From the human T2T-CHM13v2.0 reference genome, Homo sapiens: DNA of 64,000 bases. Positions 44,971 to 64,000 of the stretch are shown here, piece by piece. A program made the position numbers and the translations under genes. Under the pieces are notes generated by a model that worked only from the letters and a program-made list of their open reading frames with translations, did no database searches and had not been told where the DNA came from. The DNA lies in assembly GCF_009914755.1 (NCBI RefSeq), contig NC_060939.1, one strand, 5' to 3'. Numbering within the stretch: the first letter of the stretch is position 1; the number at the start of each line of letters is the position of its first letter.

Positions 44971-45504
44971 AAAAAATAAGTTAAATAACATACTACCCAA
45001 AAACTTGTAAATTACTTTATCCATCTACTTCTAGGAAATTACAAAGAACAAATTTCATTATTTTAGCATAACAGGGATGGATTTTCTTTTGTAATGTTCA
45101 ATATATTAACGATAGATTTTTTTTCCTAGTGTTCTTTAGGATACTTCCTGCAATACTTCATTCAAGTTATCAGTGATTTTTACTATGTATTGTAAATGAT
45201 ACATAGCCACCATATATAAATATTTGCTGAATTCAAGATTACTACGTTAAGAAACTGGGGTAAATAAAATGGAAACAAGACATCCGTGAATATTTAAGGA
45301 TATAATATCGCAATTGCATGTTTCTGCTGGCTTTTCATGATATAATAAACCTTGTTTTTTCTTCTAATTTAAAAAATGCTATCAATAATAAAAATGCTAA
45401 TTATACATAATCAATATTTTTATACATATATCAATTCTTACAAATGTTCTAATTGCAGTTTAGTAAACTGATGTGTAAATATACTTTGTAAGACAGATAA
45501 TTTT

Positions 45505-45749
45505 TTTTCTATTTGTAGGTATTTTATTTTTATGATATTGTAAATAATATATTTTTAATTTTTTTATTATACTTTAAGTTCTAGGGTACATGTGCACAAC
45601 GTGCAGGTTTGTGACATATGTATACATGTGCCATGTTGGTGTGCTGCACTCATTAACTCGCCATCTACATTAGGTATATCTCCTAATGCTATCCCTCTCC
45701 CCTCCCCACCAACCCCACGACAGGCCCTGGTGTGTGATAGTCCCCATCC
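45505..45749 (-). mobile_element. Short L1PA4/5-like insertion with a probable 3' transduction
   Basis: L1 terminus at ~45555-45749; TSD AAGACAGA(T/C)AATTTT at 45490 and 45750. Confidence 0.88.
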
Positions 45750-46304
45750 AAGACAGACAATTTTATAAGATTAACTTGAAGTTATAAGTAGACTAGTGAA
45801 TTAAAATTTCCATTTCCTATGCTGCAGAGCACTTTTAATGCAATTTGGAGGGAGAACATTAGTGTTCAGCATTTATAATTTATCATTTGACATTTGGACT
45901 AAAAACTCTATTTCCAATACTGCACATGCTACCATAATGCAGGGTTTTACAAAGAGATTAGCGTAATTCAATGGTTAATCATATTTCAAAAAGGAGCTAT
46001 ATTGTGGACTTTATATTCCCCTCATAGTTGCTTCTGGAAGGGATCTCATTTGTTACTCCTTCTCAGCATTGGGTTCTATTCAGTTCTTAAGTGAAAACGG
46101 GAAAAAATGCTACCCTATACTGAAGCATTTCAACACAATTGGAAACATTATGCATGATTTTCAATAGATGAGGATATACATTTACAAAGTATTCACAAAA
46201 AGATATTTTTGGCCAAATTTGAATTTGTTGAAAGAAAGTACATCTCTGATCTACTTTTTTAGAATTTTCTGGGTTTCAAGGTCTTTAACAGAGGTGTGTA
46301 CGTA

Positions 46305-46328
46305 TGTGTGTGTGTGTGTGTGTGTGTG
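46305..46328. repeat. (TG)n microsatellite
   Basis: Direct reading. Confidence 0.9.
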
Positions 46329-48531
46329 CACGAAAATGTACTGTGTTCATAAAAATGCCACTGTTGGTGTTTCCAAAATGAAGCTACTACAAAATACAGA
46401 ATTGGTGTAATCTAGAGAGGGAGAGGAATTGATAATGCAGAGAGCACTTTGAAAATAAAACTGTGGAAAAGAGGCCACAGTATGGACCAGAGGTAATTAC
46501 CCGATCACTAAAAAAGAGAGAAGAGAAAGAAAAATACACAGGAAAACAGGGTCAGAGAGGCAGAAAGTGAAAAATCAAACAGTATATTTGGCACTGTAGA
46601 GAGTAAAAGAATGAGAGATTTTCCCCCTTTCTGTTCATGGGTTATGAAATTGAGGTTTTCCATATAATTAAGAAAGGATGGATCTTGGCGAAGGGCATAT
46701 TGTCATCTATGAGAGAGCTGCGAGAAGTGTAGGGAAGATTGGAGAAGATGGCTGACATTGCTGCTTTGGGGTAGTTGCTCTAAAACTTCTGCCATTCAGC
46801 CATGCGGATGAGGTGAACAGGTATTTGGGGACATGTGTGACACTTGATCACATGTAACAATAATATATATTACATTTAGAACAATTTATATCATAATTTA
46901 TGTGTGGAACAGGATGTAGCTCAACAATGAATATTCAGAAACTTTACCTAAAAGCCAATTCATAAGTTATTCTAAAATTGTTGTTAACCTGGTGGGTGTA
47001 TTTTCTAGGGATTTCAAGTGAGCAAAAATTGCCAAGAAATAAAATCCGTCAGGAATAATGTCTGCTTTGCCTGTGAATCATAGACACACTTAAGAGGCAT
47101 TTAACAGTTTAGTTAGAGCAATAAATGATCTTTGCTTTAAAATTGAAAAATGTGTTTTCTTTAAACTTTGGTTTCATTTTCTTAGGCGTTTATTCAAATA
47201 ATACATATGTGTGAATGTATGTGATTTTTAGACTATAAAATACTTTGAAACTGTTAGATAAATCTTTGCTAATAAGACATTTCGTTATGGAAGAATTTTG
47301 GGATTCCTTTTGCTCTCAGTATTGACTACTGTCATTGTAGAAGTTCTGACAATATGATGATTGTATGAAGACTCTGTGTTCAAATGCATCATCCCAAGGC
47401 ACTGAAAACATATTTTCATGTTCTTGTTTTATCATATTTATGTATAACGGAAATGGGAAGACTGAAAGATTTCATTATCACAATTTTGGAGGGCAGAGAA
47501 AATACCGACAATCTGCATTTCCAGGCTAAGTTTAAGCTATTCAGAAGCCAAACCTTCTCACTATTCAGCTGGCATATCACATTCAGCGAGAAGATGTTTC
47601 AGTTTTTTCATAGCTATGTTTAACTTTAAATAAGAGATTACATAATTAATGCTAAAACTGCCTGTCACTATTATATTCCTTAAGGTTTTCCATTCTTTCT
47701 TAGCTTAAGTCCTGATTTTTATTTTCATTGTTATCATTGTTATTTTTCTTTTCATAGAAAAGTACTACTTAGCTCTATAATCTTTTGTTTGAGATTAAGG
47801 GATGAATATTTTTGACAAAGGAAAAATATGCTTGAATAAGTTTGTGGTCTTCCGTGAAGGTTTAACCTTATAGAGTTGGATTTTTTACATTTTTGATAAT
47901 AGCAATGATTACATAAACCTTATCCAAAAATTGTTATAATTATTGAGATTAATTTTGAATCAATTAAAAAGTTTAAAAATAAATATTATTTGAAGTGTTT
48001 ATAAGATCAGAAAACAACTGAAAAGATTCATGGTTATACATCAATAATTGCTTATAGTGTAAATGAAAACATTTGTTAATTTCTAGAAATTTATTGCATA
48101 TTTGATTCTACTTTCCAGGCAATATTCCCACATTTTAAGTTTGTCTTCATTTCAATAAAACTGTATCCAGAAAATTAATAAAACTATAATTTGAATGTAC
48201 AAAAATTTCAAATAATGACTCCATATATGCTCAGGAAGTTTAATGTCTTGACTTTAATCATACCAAAGACTTCTTATATTAATACAATTTTGTATATATG
48301 CAAGGGTTTCACTTCTGTATGTAATCAAGAACTCAACTAAGCTGTTTATCCTCTCCATGTTCTTCCAGAACATTCTCCCTTAAGGATCTAATTCATGGTT
48401 ACTTCTTACTCTATTTTTAAATTTCACCATGATTATGCATCTCATTTACATTTTATTTCCTGGGTCTTTCCTCACCTCTCAAAAACTACCCAGAGAGCAT
48501 GATAGCAGCCTTTTCTTGACTTCCACACCTT

Positions 48532-48532
<1 letters not shown>

Positions 48533-48559
<27 letters not shown>
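48533..48559. repeat. (CA)n microsatellite
   Basis: Direct reading. Confidence 0.9.
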
Positions 48560-48562
<3 letters not shown>

Positions 48563-50469
48563 TACTTTCACAAATATGTGATAAGGGGAACAGTGTTGCT
48601 ACATTTATATTATTCTTGACAGATGAAACTGGGCACCTGTTTGCTGCATATCATAGGCTTGGCCAACATCAGGCAGATGCTGCCCAGATGGCCTTTCTTC
48701 ATCTAGAAACATGGAGCCATGCTGGCCATCTCACTTTCCTCGCACCCTCAACCTAATTGTCCCCAGGTCCCAATCAGCAGTTGAATGCATTTCCTTTCCT
48801 TCATTTTCCTTTCTGCTATCCAGGCATTTGTCCTCTTGGAAAGCAAGACGAAGCCTTCCTACCTCATGCTTAATCTGCTCCAGTGGCATTAGCCTACCCT
48901 CATTCCTCAGAGAGAACAGATCCTTCCTAACTCAGAATTTCACACAAGGCACGTACCCAGGAGTCCTCGCCACTCTATTCCACCCCATGTCCCCTCATAT
49001 TCAATAGCCATAGGCTTTAGTCTAGAGGTGACACCTCTGGGACAATGTACCTGAAGCCCTAGACAAGGAGCTTTGTTATTTGCCATCACATATTCTACGT
49101 TTTTCTACATGACATTTATATCAATAATTTTTGTTTAAATAATTTTTAATATTTTAGTCCCTCTCCTCAACATACACGCTTCTAAAAATCAGTGTGTTGC
49201 TCACTACCAATTTCCAGCACCTAGCACAGTCCTTAGCATATGGTTGGAACTCACTGAATTTCAGCATTATAACGAAATGAATTAAATGGATGTTGTACAC
49301 ATGTGTGAGGAGCCATGTGGAATGTAAATGGCAGCATACCTATGTGTAAAGTTGTCAGAATCAAGGAAATGGAGCTACATTGGGAGCCAGAAAGCTAATC
49401 CATATGGATGTCAAGGAGATGAGGCTTGAGACACAGAGCAGTGAGCAATGTGAGGGATCCAAAGGGTAGGGAAGTCCCACAGGAACACAGGAGATGATTC
49501 AAAGAACCCGTGGTTGTCCTGAAACATTGCTTTTCTTCATGGGCTAGAGGACTTCCTTGGCAGAGGGCTGAAGACAAATGCGTGCAAAAGTGCTTTCTCT
49601 AAATGTCTCACCAGCTTATGTTTTCAATGTATAATTCCAGAACTATATATCACCCATCTCTCCGTGCTGTTCAGTTCTTTTCATCCTGCTAAATCTTTTC
49701 TGCATCTCTATTTAGATGATTTCTCATTCTTTCCATCTGAGACTGATGGTTATTTCCATGTGGGGATGTTACGAAGAAGAGTATTTAGGGTCTAGTTAGC
49801 AAAAACAGACCATAGAATTTTTTTTTAAGGTCTGCCCAGCATTTAAGAAGATATCAGCCTGTTCTCCAAGTGTCCAGTCCTATCTCGTGTCTACCAGCTT
49901 TTAGCCTTTTTCTAAGGATAAGCTCTCGCTTTTCAAATTCTGTGTGACATTTTTAAGGCCACATACATGAACACATTTTCATTTATTCCATCTTGCAGTC
50001 CTGAAGCAGTAACGTGACTACCTGTTGCAGCAAAAAGGCTGCTCCTTGGCCTGATCTGCATCTTCCGGGGAACTTGCCTGGCGATCTACGATCCATCAAA
50101 TTTTCCCCTTAGTAAATCTCAGAAAAAGATCACCCATAAGCATAGCACAGGGGTATTCTGAGGTTTGACTAGTATTTCAGAGTGCTGTAGATCCTAAGAT
50201 GAAAGTAGTAAGAAAGTTGAAAAAATAGTATTATTTATTCAACAGACATGCTAGAAATCTCAGAGCTTCCCTAGTCCCTATTTTCTGTCCTAAGCATGTA
50301 ACATAAAACCCTGCAAAATCAGAACTGAGTTCTCTGTAAAGACATTCAGAAATAAACAAGACCAACCTTGAAGGGGGAGGCCTTGTAATCCATGGTTTAT
50401 TCTTCTTGTTATGGCTGATGGCAGCACCTAGATTAGAGTAGGTGCTCAGCCATGGATTCACTGAAATAA

Positions 50470-53402
<2,933 letters not shown>

Positions 53403-53569
53403 TATATATATATAAAAAAAGATATAGATAAATGCAGGTATAGAACATATTGCTGGATTGTAAGGTATCATTTCTCCTGAAATTGATATATACACAATAC
53501 AAATCAAAATCCCATCAGGCTTTTATGGTCGTTTTATAATAAATTGTGAAATTAGGTAAAAAAAAAAAG

Positions 53570-53943
53570 AAGAAAATGTGGCACATATACACCATGGAAT
53601 ACTATGCAGCCATAAAAAAGGATGAGTTCATGTCCTTTATAGGGACATGGATGAAGCTGGAAACCATCATTCTCAGCAAACTATCGCAAGGACAAAAAAC
53701 CAAACACTGCATGTTCTCACTCATAGGTGGGAATTGAACAATGAGAACACATGGACACAGGAAGGGGAACATCACACACCGGGGCCTGTTGTGGGGTCGG
53801 GGGAGGGGGGAGGGATAGCATTAGGAGACATACCTAATGCAAATGACAAGTTAACGGGTGCAGCACACCAACATGGCACATGTATACATATGTAACAAAC
53901 CTGCACGTTGTGCACATGTACCCTAGAACTTAAAGTATAAAAA
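53570..53943 (+). mobile_element. Second L1PA 3' fragment in tandem
   Basis: Repeats the last ~370 bp of the L1 sequence seen at 53027-53400. Confidence 0.95.
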
Positions 53944-54363
53944 AAAAGTATACCAATTCACAGAAATCCTCCACACTTCCAATTACAATAAAACTATCCA
54001 TCTATTACTCTAAAATTTGTGAATATTAATCATTCTATCTTTCCAGCTTTTCTTCTGCATTTGTGACCCCTTTGTACTATTTTTTTCTGTTAGGATACAG
54101 TCAAGAAAACTGAAATCATGGTAGTAGGTACTTTAAAGACGGAATTGGTTACCAGATGTTAGAAGGCTCTAGAAGTTCTTGAGCAGGAGTAATTATAGAC
54201 ATCAGTTTACCTTAAATGGGCAGAATTCAGATAGATAACAACAACAACAAAAAGAGACTGTGGAGGTTATTCATAGTGGACTAATTTGTTTGGAAAAAAT
54301 AAGTAGCTATAAATCAGTATATTCTAGTATCTTTGAGACAACAAATATTGGAAATTGTTTTTC

Positions 54364-56462
54364 TTTTCTTTTCTTTTTTTCCCAGCAAGTGCTGTGTTTA
54401 TTTTCCAAACAATTTTATTGAAATGTGCCAGGAGTAGATGGGCAGCACAAATGTATGAACAGGAAAAAAAAATCACATGTACAATAATTTTTTTAAAGTG
54501 AAGGTTAATCTTGGGAGATATCAGTTCCCCTCTCCCTCCCCCTGCAGACTTCCAGCGTTTCCGTTAAGGTTAAGCCTCTACGAACCTAGCATTAAAAAAA
54601 AAAAAAAAAAAAAAGGAATACAAGATCTTTTGCAAATAACAAAAACAAAAACCAAAAAATGGCATAAAGGAAAGAGAAATACCTTCCTGCTCAGATGGGA
54701 CTCTTCCTAGGCACCTAATTAGAAGGCGTGCTGAGCGGTGGAGAAACACAACTTCAGAGTGTAAGGGTATGGACCATTGGGTTTTTCATCAGGTAATGGT
54801 TCAGGAAGCCCGGAGTCTCCAGGGCATCGCTCTTGGATTCCCATTCCAGCAGTCCAGAGGAGCTGCGCTCGCTTTCGCCTGAGAATACTTTCACAGAAGA
54901 TGGCCGCTTCACTCCCAGCTCATCATAGATCTCAAAGAAGTTCTCCTCGGTCGCCTCCAGCGGGGCGTTGAAGAAGTGCAGCACGTTGCTGGGGTGCTGG
55001 ATGCGGTTCTTGGCTGCCTGCTCTGGGGTGGAGAACCGATTGTTCCGGGATTCACTGAAGTCTTTGTAACTGCAAGACCCATCTTCCAACCCGTATGACT
55101 GACCGGGCATGATGGCTGGCTGCTTGGAGACACAGACATTCAGCTTCTGCCCAAACATGAAGTTGTTGTTGAGGTGGGTAATGACCCGGTCCACAGCGTA
55201 GCCATCAGCCATCTCCACCATGGCGCCCCCGGCTTGCTTTTCAGGAATTTCACCTTCTCCACATTGCCATACAAGCAGAAGACATTGAAGACTAGGTCAC
55301 AGTTCATCTTAGATTGATGCAAGCCTTAGACCACGAGCACAGGGCTGTCGGCGTGAGGGCCATACTCGGGTGGTGGGGGAGGGGGTGGGGGGTGCCCATA
55401 CTGGGGGGCCGTAGCGACTTGGGCCCCGACAGTGACCCCCGACTGGTGGACCCATCCTTCTCCCTTCGTAGTGAGGTCGGGGGGGCCCGTGGCCCTCATC
55501 ATGGTAATGGCTGTGGTACCCACCGTGGGGCCCTCCATATTCTGCGGGGTGATCTCCCAGGAGAGGGGGCTGCCTCTGGCGTTTGTTGGGGTTGCTGCCA
55601 GGGTCACCTTGTCCACTGAGATTGGGGTTTGTGTAGTCCCAAGTATCCTGATCATTCTTGAACACATTCAAGCGTGTAGGCTTTGCGTATTCCATCTTCA
55701 GAGTGCAACAGCCAGAATAGATACCAGCCCCATTGAGAGAGGCCTTGGCCCGCTGGGCACTTTGAACAGAGTCAAATTCCACCATCGCCTGAACTCCATT
55801 CTTCCTGAAAATGATAATTCTCTGGACAGGGCCACAAGGATTACAGATAGTGTAAAGAACATCCGTGGTGATCGAATAAATGGGGTTCAGGATGGTAAAG
55901 AGAAGCACACTGTTCACGCTCCGGGAGTCATCCGAGTCCCCGGGGAGGGAGATCTTCTGGCTGGTAGAGTAGTTGACAAAAGCTGGGTGACCGGCAATGT
56001 ATATTTGGTTGTCGGCTGCGTAGCTCACGGCGTTGCAAGCCCCCAACACATCTTCAAACTCCACCAGTGCTTGTCTCTTTTTAGGCATTACCACCGCATA
56101 GCTGATGGGTCCAAACTCCTGCAAGGCCTCCACAAGGTCAGCTTCCACCACATCGTCAATCAGGCCCCTGCTGTGGACAACTGGGGAGGCAGGGGTTTTG
56201 TGCAGGTCATGGTAGTTCTCCCCGCCGCCGCCCCCGCCGCCCCGCCTCCTCCACCGCCACCGCCGCCGCCGCCGCCTCCGTGCTGGTCGCCGGCGTTGCC
56301 AGTCTTGAGCAGCTTAGGGGCACCGCCGCCCTCACTGCCGCCGCCTTAGTAGCCGCCACCGCCGCCTCTGCCGCCCCCCGCCGCCATCTTCATCGCTCCC
56401 GACCGCCTCTGCTGCTCCTCCGGCTGCTGCCTCTGCTCCAGCCGCCGACGCCGCTTCTCCCA
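54364..56462 (-). pseudogene. HNRNPLP2: Processed pseudogene of HNRNPL
   Basis: Intronless hnRNP L peptides (RRM1-4, Gly-rich N-terminus), 3'UTR, AATAAA and a poly(A) remnant. Degenerate TSD GGAAATT(GT/AC)TTTTC. Early TAA at ~56347 and several frameshifts. The pseudogene number is from memory. Confidence 0.93.
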
Positions 56463-57009
56463 GGAAATTACTTTTCCAAGTTAGTTTGGTAAAGTTTAAA
56501 AGGTTGGTGCTTTATCCTGTAGACAATTGAGAGTAGTTTCTGTATTTAAGAAGGATAAATAAAATGTTCTGTGTGCAGGGCGGATTAGAAATGGAAGACA
56601 TTGGAAGCAGAGAGAAGTTAAGGAAGAATGTTGACATTATCTTAAAGTGTTAAGAACCTGAACGAAACTCCTTGCAAAATCATTGCCAGGGAATACAGTG
56701 TAGGGCCATTGACTGACTCTAGTAGTGGATGAGGACAACTCACAGAGAGAAATCTGACAATCCATGTTTAGCAGAGGGAAGGAAGCCAGAAATAGTTACT
56801 AATAAGTGCAAGACTTCAGTTTTGTTGGTTTTTTGTTTTTTACTCCCAGCAAGCTAAATTTGACAATAATGTAGCTCAATTTCTCCCCATCTCATTTTGT
56901 TAATCTCTATAATCTTGCCCCAGAAAAGCCATTTGTACCCCAGCTCAGAAAATTCTGTATTCATTTGTCTTCATAAGATTGTAAAAATTTCAAAACTGTC
57001 TGTTCATGA

Positions 57010-57760
57010 TAATTAGAGAAATACAAATCAAGACTACAATGAGATACCATCTTACACCAACCAGAATGGCTATTACTAAAAAGTCAAAAAATAACAGATG
57101 CTGGTGAAGTTGTGAAGAAAAAGGAATGCTTATACACTGTTAGTGGGAGTGTAAGTTAGTTCATCCATTGTGGAAGACAGTGTGGCAATTCCTCAAAAGC
57201 CTAAAGACAGAAATAGCATTGGACCCTGCAATCCCATTACTGGGTATATACTTAAAGGAATATAAATCATTCTGTTATAAAGACACATGCATGCATATGT
57301 ACACTGCAGCACAATTCACAATAGCAAAGACATGGAACCAACCAAAATGGCAATCAGTGACACACTGGATCAAGAAAATGTGGTACATATATGCCATGGA
57401 ATACTATGCAGCCATAAAAAAGAACAGAGACCATGTCTTTTGCAGGGACATGGATGGAGCTGGAGGCTATTATCCTTAGCAAACTAATATAGGAAGAGAA
57501 AAACACCACATGTTCTCACTTGTAAGTGGGAGCTAAATGATGAGAACTCACATGGACACACAGAGGGGAACGACACACACTGGGGACTTTCAGAGAGAGG
57601 AGGCAGAGAGATGGGAGATCATCAGGGAAAATAACTAATGGGTGCTAGGCTCAATACGTGGATGATGAAATAATCTGTACCACAAACCCCCATGACAAAA
57701 GTTTACCTATGTAACAAACCTGCACTTGTACCCCCGAACCTAAAATAAAAGTTTAAAAAG
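57010..57760 (+). mobile_element. Older L1PA/PB 3' fragment
   Basis: ORF2 C-terminal peptide (57168-57479) and 3'UTR. Confidence 0.88.
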
Positions 57761-57960
57761 GAAGTGAAAAAAACTTTAAAGTAGCTCAATAAGTTTTATA
57801 TTAATGTCAACTTTAAATAATTTTTATGCATAATACGTTATTAAAATTCATTTACCTTTTTAAAAAAAGAATGTGAAATTTTAGCAGAGTTTTCAACAAC
57901 AATGTTGTAGTTAACAAGAGAAAAGCATCCCTGATGCTTTACAAACTGGTGTTTCAATGA

Positions 57961-58228
<268 letters not shown>

Positions 58229-59998
58229 AAAATGAATTACTCTTAATTGTGTTCTATTCATTTGTTTTTCCTGCATTTTCATTTCATTTCACTTTGATGA
58301 ACCAACCGAAATACCCGATGGAATACAGTGACAGCTTGAAAAGCTTCATGTTAACAAAGTTATCATTCCACAGTAGATAAAATAATATGTGAAAGTAGTG
58401 AGAACTTAGGAATTCCTCTAAAATCAGAATTTAAAGACATACCACTTACCCTTTGTTAAAATAGCTTACAGCACAGAAGTCTTAGAAAATGGGCATTAGA
58501 GTGTCAGAAAGCTAGTCATGTTAGAAAAAACCTTTCAAATCAAGGCTAGCCACCTCATTAAATAATAAAATGAAGAAACTAGTTATAAAACCGGTGTTCC
58601 ATTTTCAATTTTAAAAAAATGCTGATGGTAAAATAACCATTAATTTAAAATATTTTTCTGCTCACTTCTAGAAGGTGGAGCATAAACCACTTAAGTGACC
58701 TATTTTAGCCCCACTAAAGCAAATGGCAAATATTGGGATTGGATTACCAAATGTATGCCTTCCATTTCATTGGCCATATATCTTATTGTTTCATGCATGG
58801 ATAATGGCTTTTCTCCTTCTTCAGTAACCCAAAGGAAAAGCTGACATTCTAACCTGGAGCTGCACATTCAAGCTTTGACACATGCCTCTCACTGGTTTCG
58901 TCTAATGCTTATAATAAACCTGTAGAGTCAGCAACTTTAGAAAGATGGGTTGAAGAAGTGTCTTTATCATAGTTTGAATTTTTCTCTGGGGCACTTGGCA
59001 GAGTCACCTCTGGTGTTTCAAATGTGCTTGAAAGTTATCTGGCTGCCCTCTGAGAAGTCTGCATAAAAACTGCTTTACTTAAAAGCAGGCAAAATTAAGG
59101 TTTCTGTAACAAAACCATAGGCATCGCATTGAGATAGGACAAAGACCAAATATCCTGCTTCCATGTGGCAGAGAAATAATGAATAACTTGGTTCAAGAGC
59201 TCATGGAGTGGCATATCATCACACCATTATTAATAGAGAACATTGCTAATTTCTAAAAGGGCTTCATGTCATGATTATTTTATCCTCTTCTTTCTGTTAA
59301 ATTTTTAACATGTATGTCCACTGCAAAGTACGCAAAGGAAATAAATTAGCACTAAAAAAAGGGCTTCTTCACAACCGCAAATTATATATATATTTCTTTC
59401 AGAACATCACTTTAGAGAGAAAATAGCAAAAATTCAGCATCATCACTTTTTGACAGTTCACTAGCCAATCAAAATATAGAAAAAGAAGGAGAAATTAAGT
59501 ACATTTGTATTCACTGTACATTTTTAGCTATTTGTGTAGAAGAAAAACAATTAGCTTATTTAAAAACCCTAAGGTGAGTATGCAGTTTTTAATTATTATC
59601 TTTGCTGTTGTGATTTATATTTGTATTTTATTTATGTAAAAACCAGTAAATAAACCTATGTCAAATACTTCTTTATTTTTGATACTAGTTCAAAATATTG
59701 GTGACTTTTTTAGATATGAATATCTCATATGTATCTTTTAGAAATTATCAGAGAGTTATAAAATAATATTGGGGAGGTAAGGAAGGCACTAGACATAAGA
59801 AACTTGTATAGACAAATACTTTGTCACCAAAGTTGTATATTTAAAAGTCCCTATTCTTTGTCTCTTATCGATTCAAAATTAATTCATTAGAAAAGAATTT
59901 TCCTCAACATTTAATCCCTAGTTGTTCATCTTTTTCACTAGTTTGTATTCCATTACTCATTGCTTCATAGCTAAACTCTGTTTAAATCTGTTAACTGA

Positions 59999-62808
<2,810 letters not shown>

Positions 62809-64000
62809 AAAACTTTTTGTCCATTTTTTACCTATTCCATTTGACATTGGTCTCATATGATATCATGATATAAAGGAAAATGACCCCGCAATGATATGAT
62901 TCATAATTCCACTATAAATTTCCTTGATGCTTTGAGAGTGTGATTGATTTATTTTGCCCCCTTCCTTTTTTTTTTTTTTTTAACTATAAAGCAGGTACCT
63001 GTACAATAATGCCATTTTTTTAAACTCCAAATAAATAGAAACAGCTATAGGACTAAAGTTTCTAATATGAATCTTATAGTTTACTTAGCACATGCTTTAA
63101 TAAAGTTACCTCTTCAGGAAACTAGAATATTGTGTCTGGTGTAAGACTAGATGTTTTGTCAAAAGCATATGTAATATTCATATAGCGGAGCTTTGGCTTT
63201 ATGCCATGAACAAGCAGGAGGTGTTTTTGGAACTGACCTGTTGATTTTCACACGTTATTTATTAGAAATGACTGCTGCCATTCCCACATAGTCCTAAGTG
63301 TAAACATTTACCATATGTATGTGGCTTCAAGATTATTTTGTTGTTCACAAAATCACCTATGTCCTCCCATCAAAACACTATCCTCATCTTAAAAGTAAAT
63401 GGCACTATTTTATTCAATGATTTACATTTTGGAATCCTAACCAGATATTTTTTTCCTTAAATTTCAAGCACTGCATTACTTCCAAAGACATGCTATGGGT
63501 ATGTGGAAATTATATCAAACATGAGTAAATTTTGTTGACCAAGACTGCAGAAATAACAATACCATCACATAAATATATGAATACAGATGTTGATGGTTGG
63601 TGAAAATTACCCCCAAATAGCCAATGCCACGAGTATATTTTGAATAGCTAGTTTGATTTTTATTAACATTATACTAAGGTTATTTCTAAGCCTGCAGACA
63701 AAATTTATAGAATATACTACTCAGATACTTGAGAATGTACTACTTAAATATTTGGATATTTTTATTCCAAATATATCTCCACTGTGATTTTTTAGGAGAT
63801 ACAATTGCCATCACAGTAAGATATTGCTGATTCCAATGAAATTTTTAATTAACTAGAAAAATCAAAGAATGCAATTCTTTTTCAAGATTTCTTCAAATAA
63901 AGAAACAAGCAAAATTAGGCTGTGGTGCTGTGAATAACACCAAGAAGTATGGAGTCAGGCAAGCCTCAGGTTCAGTCACAGTTCTACTGTTAAGTAGATA

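Overview
Human (AluYb8-bearing) genomic DNA with no intact protein-coding CDS. Bases 1-~3570 are GC-rich and end in a CpG-island promoter for a minus-strand spliced transcript. Its putative first exon carries 17 perfect copies of a 17-bp CGG-like repeat. At ~3570 the composition switches abruptly to AT-rich, repeat-dense DNA: Alu, L1PA and old L1M, MaLR/ERVL LTRs, Tigger4b, MADE1, L2 and MIR. The right end holds two head-to-head processed pseudogenes, HNRNPL (minus) and FSCN1 (plus). From memory, this layout matches the 15q14 GOLGA8A/GOLGA8B segmental duplication (5' end plus upstream region); this was not verified by alignment and I cannot tell which copy it is. I find no convincing new multi-gene system. 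The best leads are the 5'-exon VNTR and its frame-invariant Arg-rich reading, the apparent duplication junction just upstream of the promoter, the CpG-preserving FSCN1 retrocopy, and several unusual L1 insertion structures. Repeat subfamily names are by eye.
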